This document shows positions 15,253 through 23,357 of a DNA stretch of 32,000 nt, in pieces. This DNA comes from Pyrodictium abyssi (GTDB lineage: Archaea > Thermoproteota > Thermoprotei_A > Sulfolobales > Pyrodictiaceae): assembly GCF_036323395.1 (NCBI RefSeq), contig NZ_AP028907.1, positions 1,680,001 to 1,712,000 of the forward strand, read 5' to 3'. Positions within the stretch are counted from its first letter, which is position 1; every line of letters begins with the position of its first letter. The notes under the pieces were generated by a model that worked only from the letters and a program-made list of their open reading frames with translations, was not told the origin of the DNA and did no database searches. Both the position numbers and the translations under genes were made by a program.

Positions 15253-16103
15253 ACGTAGCCCTCCTCCATGCATATCTTCTTCATGACTAGGGCGTCGCGG
15301 TCGAGTATCGGGCTCTCCGATATCACAATGCCCTCGATGCCCGTCTCCCTGTAGCCGCGGCAGACAGTCCTCCACTCGGGGCCATACTCCTCCTCGGCGA
15401 GGGTGTGGTGCTCGCGCTCGCCTCCCCGGCCGTACTCTATCCTGCTGAAGTGCGTGTGTAGCGGCTTCACCGCCCAGGTGCCTAGCTCGCGCTCTATCCT
15501 CTCTATGACCTCTATAACGTGGTCGAGGCTGGTTATGTAGCTGCCCTCGCTCCTCGCGTAGAGGTGCGCCCAGTCCACCGTAGGCCGGCACATCTCTATC
15601 TCGCGGCAGATCTCTATCACGTCGTCCAGGCTCCCGACCTGGCTGCTCTTGCCCGTGGTCTCGGGCGACAGCCAGACCCCCTTGATGCCCTCCTGCCGCA
15701 TCCACTCGGCCAGGGGGCGTAGGTTCTCTACCACCTTGCGGAGCGCGTCGCGGGGGCTAGGGTTGTCCCTGTAGTAGCCCGGGTGGAACACGACCGCGTA
15801 CGCGCCCATCCAGCTCGCGGCCCGCAGGGCAGCCTTAAGCCTCTCGATGCTCTTCTTTACCGTCTCCTGGTTCCCCGCGAGGTTGATGTAGTATGGGGCG
15901 TGCATCGAGACTACTACGCCGTAGCGCTCAGCAGCCTCGCGTATAGCGCGGGCCTTCTGCTCGCTCACGCGGACCCCGCGTACAGCCTCGTACTCTATAG
16001 CGTCGAGGCCAATACCCGCTATGTACTCTATAGCCCTGGCGTAGTCGCCCTGCTTCATGCCCACCGGCTTGCCCGCCGGGCCAAACCTCATACGACGGCT
16101 CAT
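15249..16103 (-). CDS. nfo: Endonuclease IV / AP endonuclease family 2 (xylose-isomerase-like TIM barrel)
   Basis: 284 aa. MHAPYYINL, VVFHPGYY, SPETTGK, VDWAHLYA and HTHFSRIEYG...EHH follow the order of the Nfo metal-ligand motifs. Confidence 0.75.
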   Translation of the reverse strand: MSRRMRFGPAGKPVGMKQGDYARAIEYIAGIGLDAIEYEAVRGVRVSEQKARAIREAAERYGVVVSMHAPYYINLAGNQETVKKSIERLKAALRAASWMGAYAVVFHPGYYRDNPSPRDALRKVVENLRPLAEWMRQEGIKGVWLSPETTGKSSQVGSLDDVIEICREIEMCRPTVDWAHLYARSEGSYITSLDHVIEVIERIERELGTWAVKPLHTHFSRIEYGRGGEREHHTLAEEEYGPEWRTVCRGYRETGIEGIVISESPILDRDALVMKKICMEEGYV

Positions 16104-16280
16104 AGCGTCTCCCAGCCCTACACTACCAGGGCGCTGGGCCCCTTGAAGAGGCTCGCGGCATAGGAGACAGGCAGAGAGCCGGGACGAGGAGGGCTCAGCG
16201 GATCCACCCTCTGCATCCCCCGGGGCCCTAACGGCCCCGGGCTCGAGCCCGCCACACTCGTCACAGCCCCGGGCCGGTGT

Positions 16281-17864
16281 CTACCTGGCCCCGAGCACTA
16301 GGTGGGCTGCGAGCCCCATGTAGACTAGTGCTACGCTTATGTCAACTATCGTCGTGACGAGGGGGCCCGACACGGCTGCAGGGTCTGCGCCTAGCCGGCG
16401 CGCTACTATCGGGAGCGTTGCGCCTATTATATCGGCTAGGAGCGTGACTATAAGCAGCGTGAGCGCCACCGACAGCGACAGCATCACATCCCCGTCGCTA
16501 AGCACCATAGCGAACCCAAAGCCTATTGCCGCCAGGGTCGAGCCTATGAGAGCAGCCGTAGCCAGCTCCTTGAGGAACACGTAGACTATGTCGTGGCGGC
16601 TCCTCTCCGATATCTCGCCGAGGGCTAGGGCCCGGATAATCATTGAGCTAGCCTGGCTCCCCACGTTACCCCCAGTGTCCATCACCAGGGGTATGAAGGC
16701 CGCGAGCAGCGCTATACGCTGGATGACGTCCTCGTAGCCCTTGATTATGTTGGCTGTGACGCTCTCTATCGCGTATATGAGGAGGAGCCACGGGATCCGT
16801 GACTTGAAGAGATCGAGTATACTAGCTTTGAGGTACCTCTCCCGGGGCTTCTCGAGGCCACCCAGCAGGGCTATGTCCTCGGCCGCCTCCTCCGCGAGCA
16901 CGTCGGCTACATCCTCTATCGTTACTAGGCCGAGGAACCTGCCCTCACGGTCGACCACCGGCAGCCGGTTTATGTCGTAGCGTAGCATCATCCTGGCTAC
17001 CTCCTCCCGGTCCACCTCCGGCTCCACCGCCGCCCTCGGCCTCGCTGCGAGCCTCCCCAGCCTCTCGCCGGGGCTGGCACGGAGCAGCTGATCCACCGTG
17101 ACGAGGCCTACTAGGCGGCCCCCGTCGCCGACCACCACTATCGTGTCGCGGACGTCGTAGTCGCCGCTACGGAGCAGCTGCAGCGCCTGCTGCACAGTAT
17201 CGCTAGCACGTAGCACCGGCACACTGGTCGTCATCACGCCGCCAGCCGTGTCCGGGGGGTAGCGGAGCAGCTGCAGCGCCTCCCGGCGCAGGGGGTCCGG
17301 GAGCCTACCCAGGAGAAGGCGGCGCAGCTTCTCCGGCAGCTTCTGGAGCACGTCCACTGCCTCGTCGGGGTCGAGAGTCGCTATAGCCTTGGCCAGGTGA
17401 TCGGGGTCCAGGGACCCAGCTATCTCGCGGAGCGTAGCCTCGTCAGCCAGCAGCATGATCCTGCCGAGGCTCTGGGCGGAGAGGATACGGTAGAGCCTGC
17501 GCCTCACGTCGCCGGGGAGGCGGAGCAGCGCGTCGAGCAGGTCCGGGGGCTCCAGGTAGACCTCGAGGAGGTTGACCAGCCCAGGCTTGTCGAGGAGGAA
17601 CTCCGCCAGGAGTTCTGCGCCCTGGGGGCCCAGGGGCGCCGCCCGTACCTCCGCGTCCTCCCCCAGCTGCCCCGTTATCCTCTCCTCGAGCTCGCCCGGC
17701 TCCAGCGGAGAGTCGACTATCAGCAGGAGCCGGGCCCTATCCTCGACCGCGTAGCCCAGGCTAGTAACCAGGTTGACGCCCAGGCGGTGGAGTAGCCCCG
17801 TAGTCTCCGATAGAAGGCCCGGCCTGTCGGGAGCGTCCACCAGTACTACCAGCCTAGTCGCCAA
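16281..17864 (-). CDS. mgtE: Magnesium transporter MgtE with an N-terminal ACT domain
   Basis: 527 aa with a TTG start. Residues 1-80 look ACT-like (RLVVLVDAPDRPGLLSETTGLLHRLGVNLVTS). They are followed by the helical MgtE N-domain, a CBS pair (VMTTSVPVL...VVGDGGRLVGLVTVDQLL / MMLRYDINRLPVVDREGRFLGLVTIEDV) and the C-terminal MgtE TM domain. Confidence 0.9.
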   Translation of the reverse strand: MATRLVVLVDAPDRPGLLSETTGLLHRLGVNLVTSLGYAVEDRARLLLIVDSPLEPGELEERITGQLGEDAEVRAAPLGPQGAELLAEFLLDKPGLVNLLEVYLEPPDLLDALLRLPGDVRRRLYRILSAQSLGRIMLLADEATLREIAGSLDPDHLAKAIATLDPDEAVDVLQKLPEKLRRLLLGRLPDPLRREALQLLRYPPDTAGGVMTTSVPVLRASDTVQQALQLLRSGDYDVRDTIVVVGDGGRLVGLVTVDQLLRASPGERLGRLAARPRAAVEPEVDREEVARMMLRYDINRLPVVDREGRFLGLVTIEDVADVLAEEAAEDIALLGGLEKPRERYLKASILDLFKSRIPWLLLIYAIESVTANIIKGYEDVIQRIALLAAFIPLVMDTGGNVGSQASSMIIRALALGEISERSRHDIVYVFLKELATAALIGSTLAAIGFGFAMVLSDGDVMLSLSVALTLLIVTLLADIIGATLPIVARRLGADPAAVSGPLVTTIVDISVALVYMGLAAHLVLGAR

Positions 17865-17878
17865 GAGTCTCTGCCCCC

Positions 17879-18244
17879 TCAGCGCCCCTGCTTCTCGCTG
17901 CTCCTCTGGCGCCCCCGGAGGAGGGAGCCGAGGACACCCCCTATACCCGACAGCAGGGCGCCAGCCGCGCCCATGAGGACCAGTGCTGTGCCCACAGCGC
18001 CGCCGGCCAGCAGCCCCACTATGCCCGCAAAGAACGCGCCGAGGGCAGCCACTACGACGGCTACGAAGACCGCGCCGAATATCCCCGCCAGGAAGCCTGC
18101 CACGAGGCCACGGTGCGGAGGGCCGCCCGCCAGGAGCCCGGCCACCAGGCCACCGAGGAAGTCGGCAGCGAGCGGCGGCACCACAGCGGCAAGTAGTAGC
18201 CTAGCAACGAACCCCGCTAGGACAGCAGCAGCCATACCAGCCAA
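17879..18244 (-). CDS. Small Gly/Ala-rich integral membrane protein (glycine-zipper-like)
   Basis: 121 aa, almost entirely hydrophobic G/A/L/V repeats with a basic C-terminal tail. It ends 14 nt upstream of mgtE on the same strand. The opposite-strand ORF (17973..18335) is Pro/Arg/Thr-rich and looks like a shadow. Confidence 0.55.
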   Translation of the reverse strand: MAGMAAAVLAGFVARLLLAAVVPPLAADFLGGLVAGLLAGGPPHRGLVAGFLAGIFGAVFVAVVVAALGAFFAGIVGLLAGGAVGTALVLMGAAGALLSGIGGVLGSLLRGRQRSSEKQGR

Positions 18245-18346
18245 GACCGTGTTGCACCTCTACGCCCTGGCCCCTGGTGCTGGGGCGGCGCTGAGCCACA
18301 TTAATCTCCGCCGGCCCCCTGGGCCTGGGTCGTAGGGGCGCTAGAC

Positions 18347-19024
18347 TTGCCGGCCGCGGTCGTCGTGAAGATTAGCGGGAAGCATGTCAACCCGGACAAG
18401 CCGGGCATGGTGAAGAGCTACGCCGAGGTGCTACGCAGGCTCCACGAGGAGGGCTACCGGCTAGCCGTCGTCGTGGGCGGCGGCCCGGTAGCGAGAGCCT
18501 ACATCGCCGCGGCGCGGGAGGCCGGGGCGAACCGCGCGCTCCAGGACATGCTGGGCATAGAGGCGGCGAGGCTCAACGCCCGGCTGCTAGCAGCCGCGCT
18601 CCACCCCGACGCGTACCCTGAGCCGCCGCGGAGCATCTGGGAGGCCCTAGAAGCGGCCGCAACCGGCAGGATAGTGGTCGCGGGAGGCTTCCAGCCCGGA
18701 CAGAGCACCGCGGGCGTGGCAGCACTCCTGGCAGAGACGCTCAACGCCGACCTGCTCGTACTAGCCACCACGGTGGATGGCGTCTACACCGCCGACCCCC
18801 GGCGGAGCCCAGACGCCAAGCTCATACCACGCCTAGGCTATGGGGAGCTCCGCAGCGTGCTCGAGCAGAGCGTCGAGCCCGGCCGCTACGAGCTACTAGA
18901 CCCCCTAGCACTCTCCATCGTCGAGAGGAGCGGTATCAGGGTAAGGGTGGTGAACGGCTCGGACCCCGAGAACGTGGCGAGGGCTGCGAGAGGCGAGGAG
19001 GTAGGCAGCCTAGTAGCACCGTGA
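18347..19024 (+). CDS. pyrH: Uridylate (UMP) kinase, archaeal type
   Basis: 225 aa. VVKISGKHV, LAVVVGGGPVARAYI and VVAGGFQPGQSTAGVAALLAE match the amino-acid-kinase fold and PyrH pattern. The start may be TTG 18347 or GTG 18365. Confidence 0.9.
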   Translation: MPAAVVVKISGKHVNPDKPGMVKSYAEVLRRLHEEGYRLAVVVGGGPVARAYIAAAREAGANRALQDMLGIEAARLNARLLAAALHPDAYPEPPRSIWEALEAAATGRIVVAGGFQPGQSTAGVAALLAETLNADLLVLATTVDGVYTADPRRSPDAKLIPRLGYGELRSVLEQSVEPGRYELLDPLALSIVERSGIRVRVVNGSDPENVARAARGEEVGSLVAP

Positions 19025-19572
19025 GCACTGCGCGTCCCCGGCAGCGCACTCGACGGCGCTGGCAGCAAACGTTAACTATAATGTACAATAATTAGAATAA
19101 TCAAACATTGTTTTGAAAGTGTGAGTAAGGCCTATAACCCCCTTATACGACTGTTGAACACGTAATCTTGGAGGGCGAGGGCGGCAGCCGAGGCAGCGTA
19201 TCACCCCTTGGGGCCGACCGGGCCCAGAACTCTATGCACCACCGCCCGGCGGCCCAACAACCAGAACCACTCCAACCCGTTCTCCCATCAAGTCGCTAGG
19301 ACAAGCGATACTATGGCCTACGCTGTCCAGGCTCCTAGAGTTGGCGCTGAGGCCCCCCTAGATGCACCGCTTGCCTGTCAGGACAAACGCCTCCTCCTAT
19401 ATAAGCGTGCAATAGGCCAGCTCATGTTGCGGCGCTATACGCTCTACAGGATACCGCCATAGGCTCCGCCAGGGAGAGGCCGCGGTACTGGCTTCCCGGT
19501 AACACTGCCTCCTAAACCACACCCTGGGGCACCTAGCTATATTCATGCATTGGGAGAAGGAGGGTGGAGAGT

Positions 19573-20226
19573 ATGAAGAGGGAGACGGCGACACCGGGAG
19601 GAGCGCCAAGCGGTGGCAGCGGAGCCGGTGGGCCCGCCGCCGGAGACGCCCGTAAGACGCGGATGAAGCCGCTAGTACTCCTCGTCGCGCTGCTGCCGCT
19701 GCTAGCGCTCACAGCTATCGGCCTCACCTACGCCCAGTGGAGCGAGACACTAAGCCTATCAGCGACGATATCTACTGGTAGCCTAGACGTAGACATAAAG
19801 GCTAATGAGGCCACTGACGTGACAACGTCATCACAGTACATAGACGTGTCACTATCCTTGACCTCTACGGACTCCGATCAAGGAAATGAGCAGCTCTCTA
19901 TAACCATAGAGAAGGCCTACCCTGGCGCTGAGGTTAATGTCACCTTTACGCTGGAAAATGTTGGGACTATTCCAGCTCTAGCCACGATAAAGCTAAACAC
20001 TGACACTATACCAAGTGATGTTGCAGCATGTGTGAATGTAAAGCTGTACAACGCGCAAGGCAATCCCATAAACACGCCATACACGATACAGTTAGCCCCG
20101 GGAGAATTTGAGAAGTTTAAGCTAGGCATAGAGATACCAAGCAGCTGCGACCTCGAAGAGAACAAGAAGGACGCTATCCAGCTCAACAACATCGTAGAGG
20201 TTGATGTTGAGCAAAACGTGAGTTAG
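19573..20226 (+). CDS. Secreted TasA/camelysin/AbpA-like subunit with a SipW-class signal peptide
   Basis: ATG 19573 is preceded by GGAGG (19559-19563) at 9-nt spacing. GTG 19564 or ATG 19663 are alternative starts. The h-region and cleavage context MKPLVLLVALLPLLALTAIGLTYAQWSETLSLSATISTGSLDV resembles the SipW-dependent signal peptide of TasA-family proteins. The mature part is Ser/Thr/Asn/Val-rich and beta-like. The gene is visibly more AT-rich than its surroundings. Confidence 0.7.
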   Translation: MKRETATPGGAPSGGSGAGGPAAGDARKTRMKPLVLLVALLPLLALTAIGLTYAQWSETLSLSATISTGSLDVDIKANEATDVTTSSQYIDVSLSLTSTDSDQGNEQLSITIEKAYPGAEVNVTFTLENVGTIPALATIKLNTDTIPSDVAACVNVKLYNAQGNPINTPYTIQLAPGEFEKFKLGIEIPSSCDLEENKKDAIQLNNIVEVDVEQNVS

Positions 20227-20269
20227 CAGAGGTAGTGAGCACAATATAAGTAAGAAGCTGGTTCATCTG

Positions 20270-20275
20270 TTTTTT
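20270..20275 (+). terminator. Oligo-T tract downstream of the TasA-like gene
   Basis: A TTTTTT run lies 44 nt after the stop, flanked by complementary AGAAGC (20253-20258) and GCTTCT (20281-20286). Archaeal termination commonly occurs at oligo-T. Confidence 0.4.
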
Positions 20276-20398
20276 CAGCTGCTTCTAATCCTCGACCCAT
20301 GTATCCGACTCGCCTAACATGATGTTAACCGCTCACTGCTCTAAACTTCACCTACTCCTAGTTAAGCCCTGCCTACTGCCGGGACGAGTCTAACCCCA

Positions 20399-20405
20399 TT
20401 TATAA
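20399..20405 (+). promoter_or_regulatory. TATA box (TTTATAA) upstream of the signal-peptidase fusion gene
   Basis: Consensus archaeal TATA about 43 nt upstream of TTG 20448. It is immediately followed by the inverted repeat AAGCAT-CAT-ATGCTT (20404-20418). Confidence 0.5.
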
Positions 20406-20447
20406 GCATCATATGCTTCGGCATAAGAGAGCACTGCGGGAGACTTC

Positions 20448-21590
20448 TTGGAGCGCTACCTTGTACATTACTCTAGAGATGCCGGGCAAGCCGAGACGAT
20501 AGAAGTGTGGAAGCCTACACGGCTACTAGTTCTGCTCATCTCGCTATTTCTTGCTGAACTAGCATACCTAGCCAGCATTAAGCTTCACCTATATCCGCCG
20601 CTGGTGAGGGGGATAGCCTGGCTTATCGCAGGGCTCGTCTCTCTAAGGCTTACAAGAAGTGGGGGGAGTCTTGACGGCCTAGTAGCTGCTGGGCTGGCTT
20701 CGATACTTCATATGGCCTCGATGCTCGTCTACGGACTTGTGGTTGGGTTTGGACTAAACGCAATGGCTCCGAGCCGGGAGCTGATGTTCTATACTATGCT
20801 GTGGGTTGGGCTGACGGCGCTGGGCCGGGAGATGGTCCGCTCGGCTGCTATACGTGGTGGCCCGTTCTATGCTGTGTTCGCCGCCTACGTTTGGGGTGTT
20901 GTCTCGTGGTACCCACTAGTGAGTCTGCTGCTCGGCCATAATCTCGGCCTCTTTGGCTCGTTGCTCGAGGCTGTTAACAGGCTTGGCTTTATACTGGCTG
21001 GAGAGCTCGTGGCGTCGCTGCTGGTGTGGCTCTACGGCTGGCCGGCTGGCAGCCTATACATCGTCGCAGCCTATGGCCTCTTCACGTGGTTCCCGCTGAT
21101 ACCCGCAGGCACCGCTATAGGCAGGGCACTAGCCTTTGCTTCTGCTTCCAGCGTGGCCGCTGTGGCTATGTATGCTAGGGCTTCCGGCGAGAGGGGATGG
21201 TGGCGTATAGTAGCCGTCTACGCGGCAGCCATCACGGCTATGTGGATAGTGCTGGGCTCTACGGGCGTCCTAGGGTTCTACGTGTTCGCCGTTGGCTCTG
21301 GCTCCATGGAGCCGGTGCTGAAGCCTGGCGACCTGGTGATAGTGCGGAAGGCTTCCCTGGACTCGATAGGGGTGGGCGACATAGTTGCCTATCGTAGCCC
21401 TGAGAACGGCGTCGTGATAGTCCACCGTGTCGTGGCCATAGACGGTGACGCGCTGGTGACTAAGGGTGATGCGAACCCGGAGCCGGACCCCTTCCGGGTA
21501 ACAGGGGACATGGTGCTGGGGAAGGTGGTGGCGAGGGTGCCGCTGCTCGGCTACCTGGCTAGGGGCGCGTTCGCCAGCTACCTGAAATAG
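20448..21590 (+). CDS. Polytopic membrane domain fused to a type I signal peptidase (S26B, SipW/Sec11-like)
   Basis: 380 aa with a TTG start. About 270 N-terminal residues form roughly 8-9 hydrophobic helices. The C-terminal ~110 aa carry all S26 boxes in order: VGSGSMEP (Ser nucleophile), KPGDLVIV, VIVHRVV (His of the Ser/His type) and TKGDANPEPD. Confidence 0.8.
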   Translation: MERYLVHYSRDAGQAETIEVWKPTRLLVLLISLFLAELAYLASIKLHLYPPLVRGIAWLIAGLVSLRLTRSGGSLDGLVAAGLASILHMASMLVYGLVVGFGLNAMAPSRELMFYTMLWVGLTALGREMVRSAAIRGGPFYAVFAAYVWGVVSWYPLVSLLLGHNLGLFGSLLEAVNRLGFILAGELVASLLVWLYGWPAGSLYIVAAYGLFTWFPLIPAGTAIGRALAFASASSVAAVAMYARASGERGWWRIVAVYAAAITAMWIVLGSTGVLGFYVFAVGSGSMEPVLKPGDLVIVRKASLDSIGVGDIVAYRSPENGVVIVHRVVAIDGDALVTKGDANPEPDPFRVTGDMVLGKVVARVPLLGYLARGAFASYLK

Positions 21591-21606
21591 GGGCGAGGCG
21601 CGGCCC

Positions 21607-22923
21607 CTACCGCTGGAGGTGCTCTGGGCACTCCACCCGGTCTTTTAGGCTCCTTGTCTCCAGGCCCCCTTCTAGCCCTGGTGCTAGGAAGCTGCAGTCC
21701 GGCACGTCCCTGGCCACGACTGTGCCCGGGTAGATCCAGCTGTAGGCGCCCACCCTTACGCCGGGGAGGAGCGAGACGTTTATGCCGGTCTGCGCGTAGC
21801 CGCCCAGGAAGGCGCCCAGCTTCTTCCTGCCAGTGTCAACGCGGCGGCCCTTGAGCGTCATCCTCACAGTGGCGTGGTCGAAGCGGAGGTTCGCCGTGAC
21901 CGTGCCGGCCCCGAGGTTGACGTGCTCCCCTAGCACGCTGTCGCCCACGTAGTTGAAGTGCGGGGCCTTAGCCCCCTCCATGAGGATGCTGGCCTTTATC
22001 TCGGTGTGTGCCCCGGCCCGGCTGCCCTCTAGGAGGAAGCTCCAGGGCCTCAGCCGCGCCAGTGGCCCTGCCTCGCCCTCTATCCAGGCTGGGCCCTCTA
22101 CCACCGTGTGGCTGCGGACCACCGCGCCTGGGGCTACGTAGACGGGGCCGCGTAGCACCGCGCCTGGCTCAGCCTCGCCCTCGACGAGGGGCTCGCTGCG
22201 CCCCCTCATCTTCTCCTCGAAGACGGCCCTGTAGGCGTCTATCAGCTCCCAGGGCCGGCCCACGTCCATCCAGAGCCAGTCGCCCGACACGACGCGGACA
22301 CACGCCTCCTCCGCGAGCGCGGCGACGGCGTCCGTTACCTCTAGCTCGCCCCGGGGGCTGGGCTTCAGCCCGGCGAGGAGCTCCTCTAGGCGCTGGCGGG
22401 GCAGCAGGTAGACCCCCGTGTTCACTAGGCTCCCCGGCTTGGCGTCCATCGGCTTCTCGCGGAGCCCCCGGAGACAGCCCCGGCCGTCCGCCTCGACTAC
22501 GCCGTACTCCCAGGGCCTCTCGCTCGGCACAGCCGCGAGCGCCGGGGCCCCGGCCTCCGCTACGGCCTCTAGGAGGCCTCGGGAGACTAGCAGGTCGCCG
22601 TTGACCAGCAGCACCTCGTCGACGGAGCGCGGGAGGGCCTCCACGCCGACGCGGGCAGCGTCCCCGGTGCCGCGTGGCTCCGGCTGCACAGCGTAGGCCA
22701 CGCTGAAGCTCCTCTCCTCGAGCAGCCGCCGGGTAGCCTCGCCAGCCCACCCCGGGGAGACGACCACCACGACGCCGTCTACGAGGCCCCTTAGCTGGCC
22801 CAGGAGCCGGGTCAGCAGGGTCTCGCCGCCGGGGAGAGGGAGCAGAGGCTTAGGGCGCGTAGACGTGAGGGGCCAGAGGCGCTCGCCACGCCCAGCCGCG
22901 AGCACGACCGCGTAGCGGGACAA
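21607..22923 (-). CDS. Bifunctional sugar-1-phosphate nucleotidyltransferase / acyltransferase (GlmU-like, left-handed beta-helix C-terminus)
   Basis: 438 aa with a TTG start. N-terminal AVVLAAGRGERLWPLTSTRPKPLLPL matches the GxGxRL nucleotidyltransferase motif. The C-terminal third shows hexapeptide-repeat character (VGDSVLGEHVNLGAGTVTAN..., GINVSLLPGVRVGAYSWIYPGTVV). Confidence 0.85.
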   Translation of the reverse strand: MSRYAVVLAAGRGERLWPLTSTRPKPLLPLPGGETLLTRLLGQLRGLVDGVVVVVSPGWAGEATRRLLEERSFSVAYAVQPEPRGTGDAARVGVEALPRSVDEVLLVNGDLLVSRGLLEAVAEAGAPALAAVPSERPWEYGVVEADGRGCLRGLREKPMDAKPGSLVNTGVYLLPRQRLEELLAGLKPSPRGELEVTDAVAALAEEACVRVVSGDWLWMDVGRPWELIDAYRAVFEEKMRGRSEPLVEGEAEPGAVLRGPVYVAPGAVVRSHTVVEGPAWIEGEAGPLARLRPWSFLLEGSRAGAHTEIKASILMEGAKAPHFNYVGDSVLGEHVNLGAGTVTANLRFDHATVRMTLKGRRVDTGRKKLGAFLGGYAQTGINVSLLPGVRVGAYSWIYPGTVVARDVPDCSFLAPGLEGGLETRSLKDRVECPEHLQR

Positions 22924-23089
22924 CCCAGCCCTACCAAGCAGGGTGAAGCCCGGCCTCGGGCCCTAAAGGCAGCTACCCCGGCGCAGGCCTCATCACGCGG
23001 CTCAAGCCAGTGTCTTCATGCAGGTATACCTCCCTGGGACTCTCTATGTGCCCAGAGCACTGCCCGGGTAGCGAACACCCTATAACCCG

Positions 23090-23110
23090 GTATGCTAGCT
23101 AAGTATGCTA
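23090..23110 (+). promoter_or_regulatory. Tandem GTATGCTA repeats between the TATA box and the start of the small-ORF/NTase pair (candidate operator)
   Basis: GTATGCTA occurs at 23090-23097 and 23103-23110 (13-nt period), and the first copy overlaps the palindrome GCTAGC. They lie downstream of TATAA (23081-23085) and upstream of GTG 23121. Confidence 0.4.
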
Positions 23111-23120
23111 AGGGGCTGGC

Positions 23121-23357
23121 GTGGAGAACACTATACTCGACTACGGTGTGGTGGAAAAGCTGGCCCGTTCGAGGCGGCGTGAGGCGGCGAGGCTTTCGCT
23201 GCTCCTACGCGAGGCTGATAAGCCGCGGGGTGGCCGTAGAAGCCTCCGGGACGCCGTCCGTCTTGCCGAGATAGCGGTGGACGCCTCTCGGGCCATGCTG
23301 GAGGTAGTTGCGTGGGGGAAGGCTTGGGAGAAGAGGGTTCTGAAGCTGAAGCAGTAG
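23121..23357 (+). CDS. Small hypothetical protein (78 aa), candidate partner of the downstream nucleotidyltransferase
   Basis: GTG start. Helical and basic (ARSRRREAARLSLLLREADKPRGGRR). Its 3' end overlaps the next ORF by 46 nt on the same strand. Confidence 0.5.
   Translation: MENTILDYGVVEKLARSRRREAARLSLLLREADKPRGGRRSLRDAVRLAEIAVDASRAMLEVVAWGKAWEKRVLKLKQ

Noticed and set aside
15187-15705. 172-aa minus-strand ORF overlapping nfo
   Set aside because: It is an out-of-frame overlap with the motif-bearing endonuclease IV frame, and its composition is Arg/Gly/Pro-rich.
19208-19462. 84-aa plus-strand ORF in the long intergenic region upstream of the pilin-like gene
   Set aside because: It has no recognisable motif, atypical composition and no ribosome-binding or TATA geometry at its TTG start. 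It is kept only as part of the non-coding-region finding.
22008-22750. Two long ORFs (198 aa plus strand, 193 aa minus strand) inside the GlmU-like gene
   Set aside because: Both are Arg/Pro/Gly-rich alternative frames of a gene with clear nucleotidyltransferase and hexapeptide motifs.
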